A stretch of DNA of 64,000 bases from Sedimentisphaerales bacterium (lineage in GTDB: Bacteria; Planctomycetota; Phycisphaerae; Sedimentisphaerales; SM23-30), in assembly GCA_963666285.1 (NCBI GenBank), contig OY762711.1; one strand, written 5' to 3'. Below, piece by piece: positions 10,492 through 19,190 of the stretch. The notes beneath the pieces were generated by a model, which saw only the letters and a program-made list of their open reading frames with translations, did no database searches and was not told the origin of the DNA. Positions within the stretch are counted from its first letter, which is position 1. Each line of letters begins with the position of its first letter. A program made the translations under genes and the position numbers.

Positions 10492-11370
10492 TTATTTCAT
10501 TTTTCTGTTTAATGCCGGGGCGAGTATCCTTAGATCGTCCATAAGTTCAGAGAACTGCTGCGGGTTAAGAGATTGCTGGCCGTCTGACATGGCCTGATCC
10601 GGGTGGACGTGAACTTCTACCATCAGTCCGTCGGCACCGGCCGCCATAGCAGCTTTACATAGTGCGGGGACGTATTCGGTATGTCCGCAGGCGTGGCTTG
10701 GATCAACGATAACGGGCAGGTGGCTGCGGCTTTTGATAACCGGTATCGCATTGATATCCAAGGTGTTACGTGTTGCAGTCTCAAAGCTGCGGATTCCTCT
10801 TTCGCATAGGATAACATTTGGGTTGCCTTCAGCCAGTATATATTCAGCCGCCATTAAAAACTCGTCAATAGTATTCATATAACCCCTTTTGAGAAGGACA
10901 GGCTTGCCGGTCTTTCCAACTTTTTTGAGCAGTGAGAAGTTCTGGCAGTTGCGGCTGCCGATCTGGAGGATATCGCAAGCTTCGGCAACGGCTGTAACGT
11001 CAGCAGTATCCATAACTTCTGAAATTACAGGAATATTGAGTTCGCGTGCTATTTCGCTGAGCAGGTCGAGCCCTTTCTGGCCAAACCCCTGGAAGGTATA
11101 TGGGCTGGTGCGTGGTTTATAGGCACCGGCACGAAAGACATTAGCACCGGAAGCATGTACAGCAAAAGCACTTGCGAACACCTGGCTGCGAGATTCGATA
11201 GCACAAGGTCCGGCGATAACAGCGAAATTTCTGCCGCCGATTTTCATGCCGTTGATGTCTATGACAGTTTCGGTCTGTTTGGCCTGGCGGCTGTATAGCA
11301 TCGCCTGCGGCTTGTTGATGGTTGGTATTACCAGTTCCGATGTTTGGTTGCATGTCGTTTCGTTTTCCAT
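10492..11370 (-). CDS. aroF: 3-deoxy-7-phosphoheptulonate (DAHP) synthase, type I-beta
   Basis: IAGPCAIES, AYKPRTSPY, QIGSRN, LLKRG, LCERGIR, DPSH and SDGQQSL motifs. Confidence 0.95.
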   Translation of the reverse strand: MENETTCNQTSELVIPTINKPQAMLYSRQAKQTETVIDINGMKIGGRNFAVIAGPCAIESRSQVFASAFAVHASGANVFRAGAYKPRTSPYTFQGFGQKGLDLLSEIARELNIPVISEVMDTADVTAVAEACDILQIGSRNCQNFSLLKKVGKTGKPVLLKRGYMNTIDEFLMAAEYILAEGNPNVILCERGIRSFETATRNTLDINAIPVIKSRSHLPVIVDPSHACGHTEYVPALCKAAMAAGADGLMVEVHVHPDQAMSDGQQSLNPQQFSELMDDLRILAPALNRKMK

Positions 11371-11446
11371 TTTTTTAATCTCACTTGTTTTAGGGGTTAT
11401 TGAATACTATTGATTTATAAGTTTTTATTTTGTTGGGGTTTAAAAC

Positions 11447-11482
11447 AAAAAAACCGTGAACAAAGGATTTTGCTCACGGTTT
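11447..11482 (-). terminator. Attenuator terminator upstream of aroF
   Basis: Minus strand AAACCGTGAGCAAAATCCTTTGTTCACGGTTTTTTT: hairpin plus U-run, 5' of the aroF start. Confidence 0.85.
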
Positions 11483-11519
11483 ATAATTTTTGTTTTGTAT
11501 GATTATGTGCCAGGGAAGA

Positions 11520-11618
11520 TCATCTGGCGTAGGCGCGGGCAAAATCCGGTTTCAGACGATAAAAATAAAATCGCCAGAAATAATAAAAGTTATAGATTTT
11601 GCCTGTAAGTTTTGTCAT
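11520..11618 (-). CDS. Aromatic amino-acid-rich attenuator leader peptide (32 aa, MTKLTGKIYNFYYFWRFYFYRLKPDFARAYAR)
   Basis: Manual translation. 10 of 12 consecutive codons are Tyr/Phe/Trp, and the ORF precedes the terminator and aroF. Confidence 0.85.
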   Translation of the reverse strand: MTKLTGKIYNFYYFWRFYFYRLKPDFARAYAR

Positions 11619-12013
11619 AAGTTCTTAATTTATATATATCATTGTAAAAAAATCTTTATTGTTTACACTATTATATTACAAAATATCGGTGTGAGAGACA
11701 AGAAAAATAAGGGAAAATCGTTCTTATTTATAGAAACATTTTTGTGCTGTTATATAAGTTAATGTAAATAAAAGGATTGCGAGATACTTGGGACGGTAAA
11801 ATTGCCGCCTAAGTAAGTGAAAAATTAAAATTAAAAAGTGAAAAATTAATGTGTTCGGCTAATGCCTCACGCTTTTTTGTTAAACGGTGTAAAATGTTAT
11901 CATCATAAAGTATTGTGCTATATTGCTTTAAATTAGATGTTAGATGTTTTGAATGATAATATTTAACTTATGCTCGAGCACTTAATCCGAAGATTTAATT
12001 AGAAAGGGTATAT

Positions 12014-12442
12014 ATGTTTTTTACCGGGCAGATAGAGATTTCAACGAAAGGCAATTGTGATATAGTGGATATAACCAGTGAGGTTGATGGTATCGTATCG
12101 AAAGTTGTTGAAACAAATGAAGTTATGGATGCTGCGGTGCTGCTGTTTGTAGTTGGTTCGACGGCGGCCCTGTCGACGATCGAGTATGAGCCCGGTCTTG
12201 TAAATTATGATATAAAAGCAGCTTGTGAGAAGTTTGCTCCGCAGGATGGTCGTTATGAACATGAGCTGACCTGGCATGATGATAACGGTCATGCACATGT
12301 GCGAGCGACGCTGATGGGGCCGTCGCTGAATGTGCCTATCGTCAATAGTAAGCTGATGTTAGGGACCTGGCAGCAGATAGTGCTGGTTGATTTTGATACG
12401 AGGCCGAGGAAGCGGACGGTGATCGTGCAGGTTGTATCTTGA
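12014..12442 (+). CDS. yjbQ: YjbQ/UPF0047 family (secondary thiamine-phosphate synthase) protein
   Basis: GSTAAL..IEYEPGL, DDNGHAHVRA, LGTWQQI..DFD motifs. Confidence 0.9.
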   Translation: MFFTGQIEISTKGNCDIVDITSEVDGIVSKVVETNEVMDAAVLLFVVGSTAALSTIEYEPGLVNYDIKAACEKFAPQDGRYEHELTWHDDNGHAHVRATLMGPSLNVPIVNSKLMLGTWQQIVLVDFDTRPRKRTVIVQVVS

Positions 12443-12925
12443 GTGATGAACTAAGAGTTGAGGAGTTCGTTTTCGGCTCATAATTTGTTTTACAGCTGGT
12501 GAAGAGTTAAAGTTGTGGTGTTGCTATGCGAAAGAGGATTAACTGGTAATGGGATGTATGCGGCGCTGGACGGAGGGGAGTTGCGGGTGAATGGAATGGG
12601 GGTGGAAGTTTCGCGGCGGAAGGAAGAGCTCTGTCGGGCAGTTTCGGAGTGAGGTGGCGAACGGGGGGAGCGTGAAAGCTAACGGGATATATGCCGAGGG
12701 CTGCGGAGAGGCGCGGCGGTGAGAAGGGCTCTTCTGGTATTTCGGTGGGTGTGTAGAGATTGTGTGGTGATAATGCGATGGTTAAACGGCGGGTGTGCGG
12801 CGGGCTACGGAGCTATAGCGGCGGTAATTTACCATTAGTCAATCCGCCGGATTTCAACCGCTGGACAGACCAGATGCCGCGGAGCGGCATCAAAGTGTAA
12901 AGGGTAAAATAAAAAGTGTAAAGGA

Positions 12926-13038
12926 GGTGTCCTGATGTACGTTGACATCAGGAATAATTCGCTGTCGCTCACAACTTATTTTAAAGCTGTCGCATATTTA
13001 AATTCAGAATTATGAAAAAGATTGTCAACCACGAAAAT
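12926..13038 (+). repeat. Dispersed repeat family A, left part (interrupted by the IS, continues at 14611-14690)
   Basis: Near-identical to the intact copy at 22122-22312. Contains the palindrome CCTGATGT-ACGTTG-ACATCAGG (12931-12952). Confidence 0.85.
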
Positions 13039-13157
13039 ACAATGAAAGCCAGAATATTCCTGTAGCATGGCTTGTGTTATAATACACAATAATTTTAGCA
13101 CGAGCTGTCACAGGGACGCTCAAATATTTAACCAATTTTATACGGAGTATTCTGGCT

Positions 13158-14204
13158 ATGAAGACTATTATGTCAATTGATTTAGGAAAATTCAAGAGTG
13201 TAGTTTGTTTTTATGAGGTAAAAAGCTGTAAGGCTACATATAAGTCGTTTAAGACTAACCCTCAAGAGCTTCATGACCTGGCAGTATCTCACCCTGCTGA
13301 TCTTATTGTATTTGAGGCTTGTGATATCATAGGCTGGATTTGTGACCTTTTTGACACCCTGGAATTAAAATATGAAGTGGCAAATACTAATACCGGCGAA
13401 TGGTCTGGCAGAAAATTGAAGAAGAAAACAGATAAAAAGGATGCATTTTGGCTGGCCAAGCGTGCTGCTTTAGGAGATTTATCAACTGTCTATGTTCCTA
13501 AAAAGGAAATTCGAGAGAAACGATCTTTGATAAATTATCGTCAGAGCCTAACAGAGCGTATAACTCAGGTAAAAAATACTATTCGTTCTTTATTAAATGC
13601 CCAGGCGTATTCGTTGCCGTCAGGCAGAAAGTGCTGGTCTAAGCAGAATCTGGAACAGTTAAGAAGTATGGCTATGCCAATGGATAAAGTTAAACCAGAT
13701 GAGCTCTGGAAAGGCAATCTATGGAGCGAGCTTATATTACTGGAACAATTAACAGACGCTTTGCAAGTAGTTGAAGATAAACTGGAAGAGTTAAATAGTA
13801 CTGATGAAAAGGTAAAACTATTACAGACTGTTCCCGGAGTTGGCCCACGTCTGGCAGAGGCAGTTGCAGCTTATATTGATGATCCACATAGATTTAAGAA
13901 TTGCAAACAAGTTGGCAGCTATATTGGTATGACACCGCGTCAGTACCAATCAGGTAATACAGACCGTCATGGGCGGATAAGTAAATATGGCAATAGGTTA
14001 TTGCGAGCATTACTTGTTGAGGTTTGCTGGCTGGGTTTGCGTTGGAATCCATGGATAAAAGAAACATACGAAAGAATAAAGAGGGGAAGTAAAACTCGTG
14101 CAAAAATAGCGATAGTAGCTACAGCCCGACGGTTGTTCGTACGATTGTGGGCGATGATGCGAGATGGGACAAGTTGGCAGATGCCTGAATTGCAAGGTGC
14201 TTGA
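13158..14204 (+). CDS. IS110 family transposase/recombinase
   Basis: DEDD RuvC-like motifs (IDLGK, FEAC, KTDKKDA), VPGVGP, and YQSG with the conserved Ser. Confidence 0.97.
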   Translation: MKTIMSIDLGKFKSVVCFYEVKSCKATYKSFKTNPQELHDLAVSHPADLIVFEACDIIGWICDLFDTLELKYEVANTNTGEWSGRKLKKKTDKKDAFWLAKRAALGDLSTVYVPKKEIREKRSLINYRQSLTERITQVKNTIRSLLNAQAYSLPSGRKCWSKQNLEQLRSMAMPMDKVKPDELWKGNLWSELILLEQLTDALQVVEDKLEELNSTDEKVKLLQTVPGVGPRLAEAVAAYIDDPHRFKNCKQVGSYIGMTPRQYQSGNTDRHGRISKYGNRLLRALLVEVCWLGLRWNPWIKETYERIKRGSKTRAKIAIVATARRLFVRLWAMMRDGTSWQMPELQGA

Positions 14205-14251
14205 TAAAAATATAAGTAGAAAAATATAAATATTACCTATGATTTTTCCCG

Positions 14252-14540
14252 ATTGAAATCGATACGGAACCTTGGTCGTGCATTTGGGTTTTGAACCTGA
14301 CACGAAAATTAAGCCGTATCGCAATATATATAATGGAACCATGGCGTAAAATACAGCCTCGGACACTCCGGATAGAAAGATGAAACAATCAGGTAAATAA
14401 TGATTCGCTACGCGAAAATTGTTTTAAATAGGTTTATCGCATAAGGTCAAAAAGCAAAAAACGAGGCGGTGTAAAACCGCCCCGGCTTCTCGACAACTTG
14501 CAACGCTCGGGTTGCTCCTCAGCAGAGCCCTATCCTTTGC
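14252..14540 (+). ncRNA. Putative bridge/seek RNA of IS copy 1 (ends approximate)
   Basis: Stem CGATACGG/CCGTATCG encloses TCGTGCATTT and CACGAAAATT, matching the bottom and top strands of the insertion target. Further hairpins lie downstream. Confidence 0.7.
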
Positions 14541-14720
14541 AAGATAAAGGAATTATAGCAAAAATGAATAAAATTAGAAAATTAATGTTGCATTCTGGCT
14601 TCATAGAAATTCACGAAAGAACACGAAAATAATACTGTTGCTCGCAGAGGCCGCAGAGCTTGCAAAGAATATTATTTGGCCATGAAGGGAATGTTTTAAA
14701 TTAAGAATTCAAAATTAAGA

Positions 14721-16649
14721 GAGCGCCAAGGTAAGCTGGTGCAGTCAAGCCGGCCAATCCGGCATGGGTAAGGGTTAGCCACCGGCCCATTACAGAACCG
14801 GGCGTGCAGTGAGGTAACAAGCTGTGCGAAGCCCCGGGAAAGGAGTTTGTCAGCTACAACGTAAGTGAAGGTATTGAGCCCCGAAATTAGAAATTAACGC
14901 ATCCGGGCCAGGTGATTCTTAACACTGAAGCTAATACTGGTATATGCGAGATAAGGCGAGTATATATCGGCGAGCCGGGGTCTGAGTCCGTAGCGGGTAA
15001 ACGAACTGACTGCATTGGAACTTGGGAGAGCCAATATGTTCCAAAAGGAAGCTGTCGAGGAAGCTGAAGAAGTTACGAGACGGTATGGCATATTGGCAGT
15101 CGGATCGGCCCATAGTAGAGGAGTAAGCAGGGTAATGCCTGCTGAGGGCAATAGAACCCACTCGAAGGAGCCGACGGTTTAATGTAAAGAGACAGAATTA
15201 GAAATGCAATACACTGAAATTGGCAAAACATTGACAAAGTTGTCTCTTATAGCCGGTCATGCCCGAAGAGACCGAAGCTTCAGGTTTACGAGCCTTGCTC
15301 ATTTACTTGATGTTGAATATCTCCGGTATTGCTACAATAGCCTGAACAGGAATAAGGCAGTAGGAATAGACGATGTAAGCTGGCAGGAATATGGAGTTGA
15401 CTTAGAAGCCAATCTGGAACGACTGGTAACAAAGCTCAAACGTAATAAGTTTAAGCCCAAACCAGCCAGACGGGTCTATATACCCAAAAATGACAGGGAA
15501 ACCCGTCCTTTGGGTATATCAGCTCTGGAAAACAAGATAGTAGAGCGTGGTATCACGTGGATACTGGAAAGTATATATGAACAGGATTTTTCAGACTGTT
15601 CGTATGGCTTTCGACCTAAAAGAAGCTGTCATCGGGCATTGAAAAGTCTCAACGACCTGATAATGTTTCAACCAGTAAACCATATAGTCGAAGCGGATAT
15701 AAAGGGCTTCTTTGATAATGTTGAGCATGATAAACTTATGGAATTTATACGCATAAGAATATCAGATACGGCATTATTAAACATAATAGAGAAGTTCCTT
15801 GAAGCCGGATATGTTGATGAGGGTTTACTGGTAAGGTCAGACAAAGGTACGCCGCAAGGCAGTATTCTTAGCCCGATGTTAGCCAATATATTCCTGCATT
15901 ATGTATTAGATGAATGGTTTGAGACGACAGTTAAGAGCCATGTCAAAGGATACTGTGAATTGGTGAGGTATGCAGACGACTTTGTTTGTGTGGTTCGTTA
16001 CGAAGAAGATGCCCGAAAGATCGAAAAGACGTTGAAGAACCGGTTCAATAAATATGGGCTGGAAATTCATCCGACTAAGAGCCGAAATATGACTTTTGGC
16101 CGGTATGAGAGAGAAAACGCTATAAAACAAGGCCGTAAGGCCAATACGTTCGATTTTTTGGGTTTTACGCATTATTGTGACAAATCCCGCAGAGGAAATT
16201 TTAAGCTGGGTCGTAAGACCAGCAGCAAGAAGTTTAAGACCAAATGCCGGGAAATGAATGATTGGCTGAAAGATATAAGAAACCAGTTCAAGACAAAGGA
16301 ATGGTGGAAGGTTCTGGAAGCCAAACTGCGAGGCCATTATCAATACTATGGTGTCAGTGAGAACTCTATAGGAATAATAAAGTTTTACAAACTAACACTT
16401 AGGATGGTAAAGAAATGGCTGAACAGGCGTAGTCAGAAGCGTAAGATGAACTGGGCTAAGTTTACAGAGTACCTGAATCATTATCCGTTGCCGAAACCGC
16501 GGATAGTACATAGTTTTTACGGATGTCACATGTAAGGTGAGTTAAACCGAAGAGCCGGATGTGGGAAAGCCACAAGTCCGGTTCTGTGAGGGGTATTGAA
16601 GTTCCTCACATATAACTATATGATAGGAACCATATTATGCCTACTCGAC
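14721..16649 (+). mobile_element. Group II intron (RT-encoding, no endonuclease domain)
   Basis: 5' GAGCG. EBS1 TCTTAA (14917-14922) is complementary to the upstream exon TTAAGA. Domain V GAGCCGGATGTGGGAAAGCCACAAGTCCGGTTC (16552-16584). 3' end CCTACTCGAC with A at -7. The flanks rejoin to a sequence like the intron-free copy at ~20730-20760. Confidence 0.9.
15204..16535 (+). CDS. ltrA: Group II intron reverse transcriptase/maturase
   Basis: RRVYIPK...RPLGI, SYGFRP, DIKGFFD, GTPQGSILSP.LANI, YADD, FDFLGF and X-domain LRGHYQYY. No HNH tail. Confidence 0.96.
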   Translation: MQYTEIGKTLTKLSLIAGHARRDRSFRFTSLAHLLDVEYLRYCYNSLNRNKAVGIDDVSWQEYGVDLEANLERLVTKLKRNKFKPKPARRVYIPKNDRETRPLGISALENKIVERGITWILESIYEQDFSDCSYGFRPKRSCHRALKSLNDLIMFQPVNHIVEADIKGFFDNVEHDKLMEFIRIRISDTALLNIIEKFLEAGYVDEGLLVRSDKGTPQGSILSPMLANIFLHYVLDEWFETTVKSHVKGYCELVRYADDFVCVVRYEEDARKIEKTLKNRFNKYGLEIHPTKSRNMTFGRYERENAIKQGRKANTFDFLGFTHYCDKSRRGNFKLGRKTSSKKFKTKCREMNDWLKDIRNQFKTKEWWKVLEAKLRGHYQYYGVSENSIGIIKFYKLTLRMVKKWLNRRSQKRKMNWAKFTEYLNHYPLPKPRIVHSFYGCHM

Positions 16650-16769
16650 ATTAAGAAAATAACTGACATTAAAAACCGTGGCTACGGATAAGTACCAATA
16701 ATTATAAGATGGCTTGCTTCAGCCTTCGCTAAAGCTATGGTTCGACAAGAGCGTACGTGATTAATAATT

Positions 16770-16895
16770 TTGAACTACTGATGCACGCGGATGGACACCG
16801 ATAAGAAAATGTTTAGATAACTTGACGATAAATTTTACAACCACGAAAATTCACGAAAGAACACGAAAAAAAATACTGTTGCTCGCGGAGGACGC
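16770..16895 (+). repeat. Repeat module containing an unoccupied IS target
   Basis: 16770-16850 matches 18991-19071 and continues CCACGAAAAT|TCACGAAAGAACACGAAA...GTTGCTCGCGGAGG, as on the right flank of both IS copies. Confidence 0.85.
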
Positions 16896-17386
16896 TGTGC
16901 GGCAAGTGAAGAACGAAGAGCGAAAAGTGAAGAATTGTGGTGTTCTGCACCGTATGGTACAGGACGTTGTTTTAAATCGCCTGCGGCGAAATGTGCCGAG
17001 CTCCGCCTTAGGCGTATTTCATTCTGCTCGGCATAAAGCTTTTTCTCAATGCAATATATGTCAGTATCGATAGATATCTCTTGGCAGAGACCAGACCTTG
17101 TCTGGACTAGACCTCGCTCCGCTCGGAGATTAATTGCAACTGTTAGATAAATGAGCCTCGCATACTGCTCGGCAAAAAGTCTATCTGATAATAATAAAAT
17201 AGAACCACAGATGAACACCGATGCACACAGATATAATAGGAAATAATAAGTTTTCAAGGCTCCAAGGAATTATTTTTATTCAGGCTCCCCAATACCCCTA
17301 ATGCCGCAGAGCGGCAAGTGAAGAACGAAGAACTAAGAGTGAAGAATTGTGGTGTCACTTCGTGACTTTATTTTAAACGGCTTCGC

Positions 17387-17445
17387 CTATCACCCCTACG
17401 GGGTTCTTCATCTTGGGACTCCAAGAGCCAAATAAGGTTGGTTGG
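17387..17445. repeat. ~59-bp repeat X (second copy 18745-18802)
   Basis: GGGTTCTTCATC(T/C)TGGGACTCCAAGAGCC(A/T)AATAAG(G)TTGGTTGG. Each copy lies just 3' of a minus-strand small membrane ORF. Confidence 0.8.
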
Positions 17446-17467
17446 AAAAGTGGTGGTTAAAATGAGT

Positions 17468-18022
17468 TTATTTTACTTCTAAAATAAACTTTGATTGAGG
17501 AAGAATTACAAAATCATATTCTTTCCCTAACTTAACCGATCTAGACGGATACATATACAGTCTTTTAATAGTCTCACCGCTATCGATTTTAAACTCAACA
17601 GATTTACAAATAAAAAGTGCTCCAGGTCCAGTTGAAACATTTTCAACAATCCCTCTTAATATTTCAGGATCTTGCTTGCTAATTATAAGTCTATACACAT
17701 CTTTCATTTGCGGAAGTAAAAGAAACCAAAACGCGGTCAATCCAACACATAATATAATAATGCGTATAGCAAACTCAACTCTTGGTCTTATTTTTGAATA
17801 TTCTTTGTTATTAAGTTTTCCATCTTTCTTAATAATTTTATAATTTGGTGATAGCCCCACATAAAGACAGAAAAACATTCCGCATGATATGGAAATACTA
17901 CTTGCAATAATTCTATTTATCCAATTACCATGCCCAATATGAACTAATAATATAGGCAAAATAATCATAAAAATAAACAGAAGTAATTTCTCATCTATTT
18001 TTTTGACTGTGTTTTTCTTCAT
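17468..18022 (-). CDS. Hypothetical membrane protein, probable immunity protein of the adjacent RHS toxin tip
   Basis: GAGGA RBS, three hydrophobic segments, AT-rich, directly downstream of the RHS C-terminal fragment. Confidence 0.65.
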   Translation of the reverse strand: MKKNTVKKIDEKLLLFIFMIILPILLVHIGHGNWINRIIASSISISCGMFFCLYVGLSPNYKIIKKDGKLNNKEYSKIRPRVEFAIRIIILCVGLTAFWFLLLPQMKDVYRLIISKQDPEILRGIVENVSTGPGALFICKSVEFKIDSGETIKRLYMYPSRSVKLGKEYDFVILPQSKFILEVK

Positions 18023-18069
18023 AAAACATCCTCAACTATTATACTTAAAGAATAAATATTATCAATAAT

Positions 18070-18627
18070 TTACTCTCTAACACCATCTACTACACCTCCT
18101 ACAATAGCTGAAGGGAATGCCCAGGACAGACTATTAGCAACATACATCTTAAATGCTGTCATACTTTTAAAACCACTGATAATATTTCTTTCAAACTTTG
18201 TAACTATCTGTTTGCTTATTGCCATATAGCTTCCTCTGCCAGCCGTAATACCCTTAATTTTAGGTCCAGGTATAGCTCCAACCGCAAATCCTTCCAATGA
18301 TTTTACTGTAGCCTCAACAAAATCAAATGACTCCTGTTTACCTGAAGCCATTCTTAGCAATTGAGTAACGCTTGAAGATGTTAGGTTCCCTAAACCAGTC
18401 GCTAAGCTACTATTTCGAGCATATAACATAATTTCACCTGCAACAGCTCCGCCCATTGCAGCTCCCACATAGGCTTCCCAACCACTATCTTTTCCTGAAG
18501 AAACATCAGTAATAACTTGTTGCGTAATCCCCCAAGACATTCCTACACCTATAAACAATGCATCCAGTGCAAATTCTCCAGAAGGGTCAGTTAGGTTAAT
18601 CGGGTCATTGAGGCAATAGAGGTACTG
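18070..18627 (-). pseudogene. Orphan RHS-repeat protein C-terminal (toxin tip) fragment
   Basis: The frame upstream of the listed ORF reads QYLYCLNDPINLTDPSGEF, the RHS core terminal motif. A Gly/Ala-rich C-terminal domain follows. No RHS body upstream. Confidence 0.8.
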
Positions 18628-18812
18628 GGGTTTGGTGGTGGTAGTTTAAGTTGCGAAAGAGCCATAAGTCAGAGTTTGATTATAGTATATTTGTATGAGA
18701 ATGCCAGAGGGAATTGAATATTTTGTGTTTTATTGCGTTTTTCTCTATCGCTCCTAACGGGTTCTTCATCCTGGGACTCCAAGAGCCTAATAAGTTGGTT
18801 GGGGAGGCTTGG

Positions 18813-18990
18813 TTATTGATTATTATTTGCCATAGCCAGGTAAGCACTGCATCCTCTTTCATATAAATCATCTATTTTTAAAATTGGTAAGACCAAACAA
18901 AACAATCCTGACCAACCAATATGTAAACAAAAAACAATTACCCCTAAAACAGCAGGGAAGAAAGTTAAAAAACCTTCTTCATTAATAAAT
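18813..18990 (-). pseudogene. 5'-truncated small membrane protein remnant
   Basis: Hydrophobic frame (FLTFFPAVLGVIVFCLHIGWSGLFCLVLPI) cut off by the repeat module at 18991. Confidence 0.35.
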
Positions 18991-19190
18991 TTGAACCACT
19001 GATGCACGCGAATGGACACCGATAAGAAAAAGTTTAGATAACTTGACGGTAAATTTTACAACCACGAAAATACAATGAAAGCCAGAATATTCCTGTAGCA
19101 TGGCTTGTGTTATAATACACAATAATTTTAGCACGAGCTGTCACAGGGACGCTCAAATATTTAACCAATTTTATACGGAGTATTCTGGCT

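Larger units (their letters stand above)
13039..14610 (+). mobile_element. IS110-family element, IS1111-type (copy 1)
   Basis: Boundaries set by comparison with the empty site CCACGAAAAT|TCACGAAAG (16841-16859). Sub-terminal IRs ATGAAAGCCAGAAT (13042-13055) and ATTCTGGCTTCAT (14592-14604). AAAT core at both junctions and a ~400-bp 3' non-coding region. Confidence 0.92.

Noticed and set aside
12610..12635. GCGGAAGGAAGAGC resembling the SRP RNA loop
   Set aside because: It lacks the preceding CAGG and the flanking helix of SRP domain IV.
15204..16535. RT as a retron, DGR or defence RT
   Set aside because: It has a maturase X domain, domains V and VI directly downstream, and an EBS1/IBS1 match. 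No template/variable repeat pair was seen.
16822..17257. ORFs 16822..17073 and 16835..17257
   Set aside because: They run through repeat modules and hairpins and have no protein-like features.
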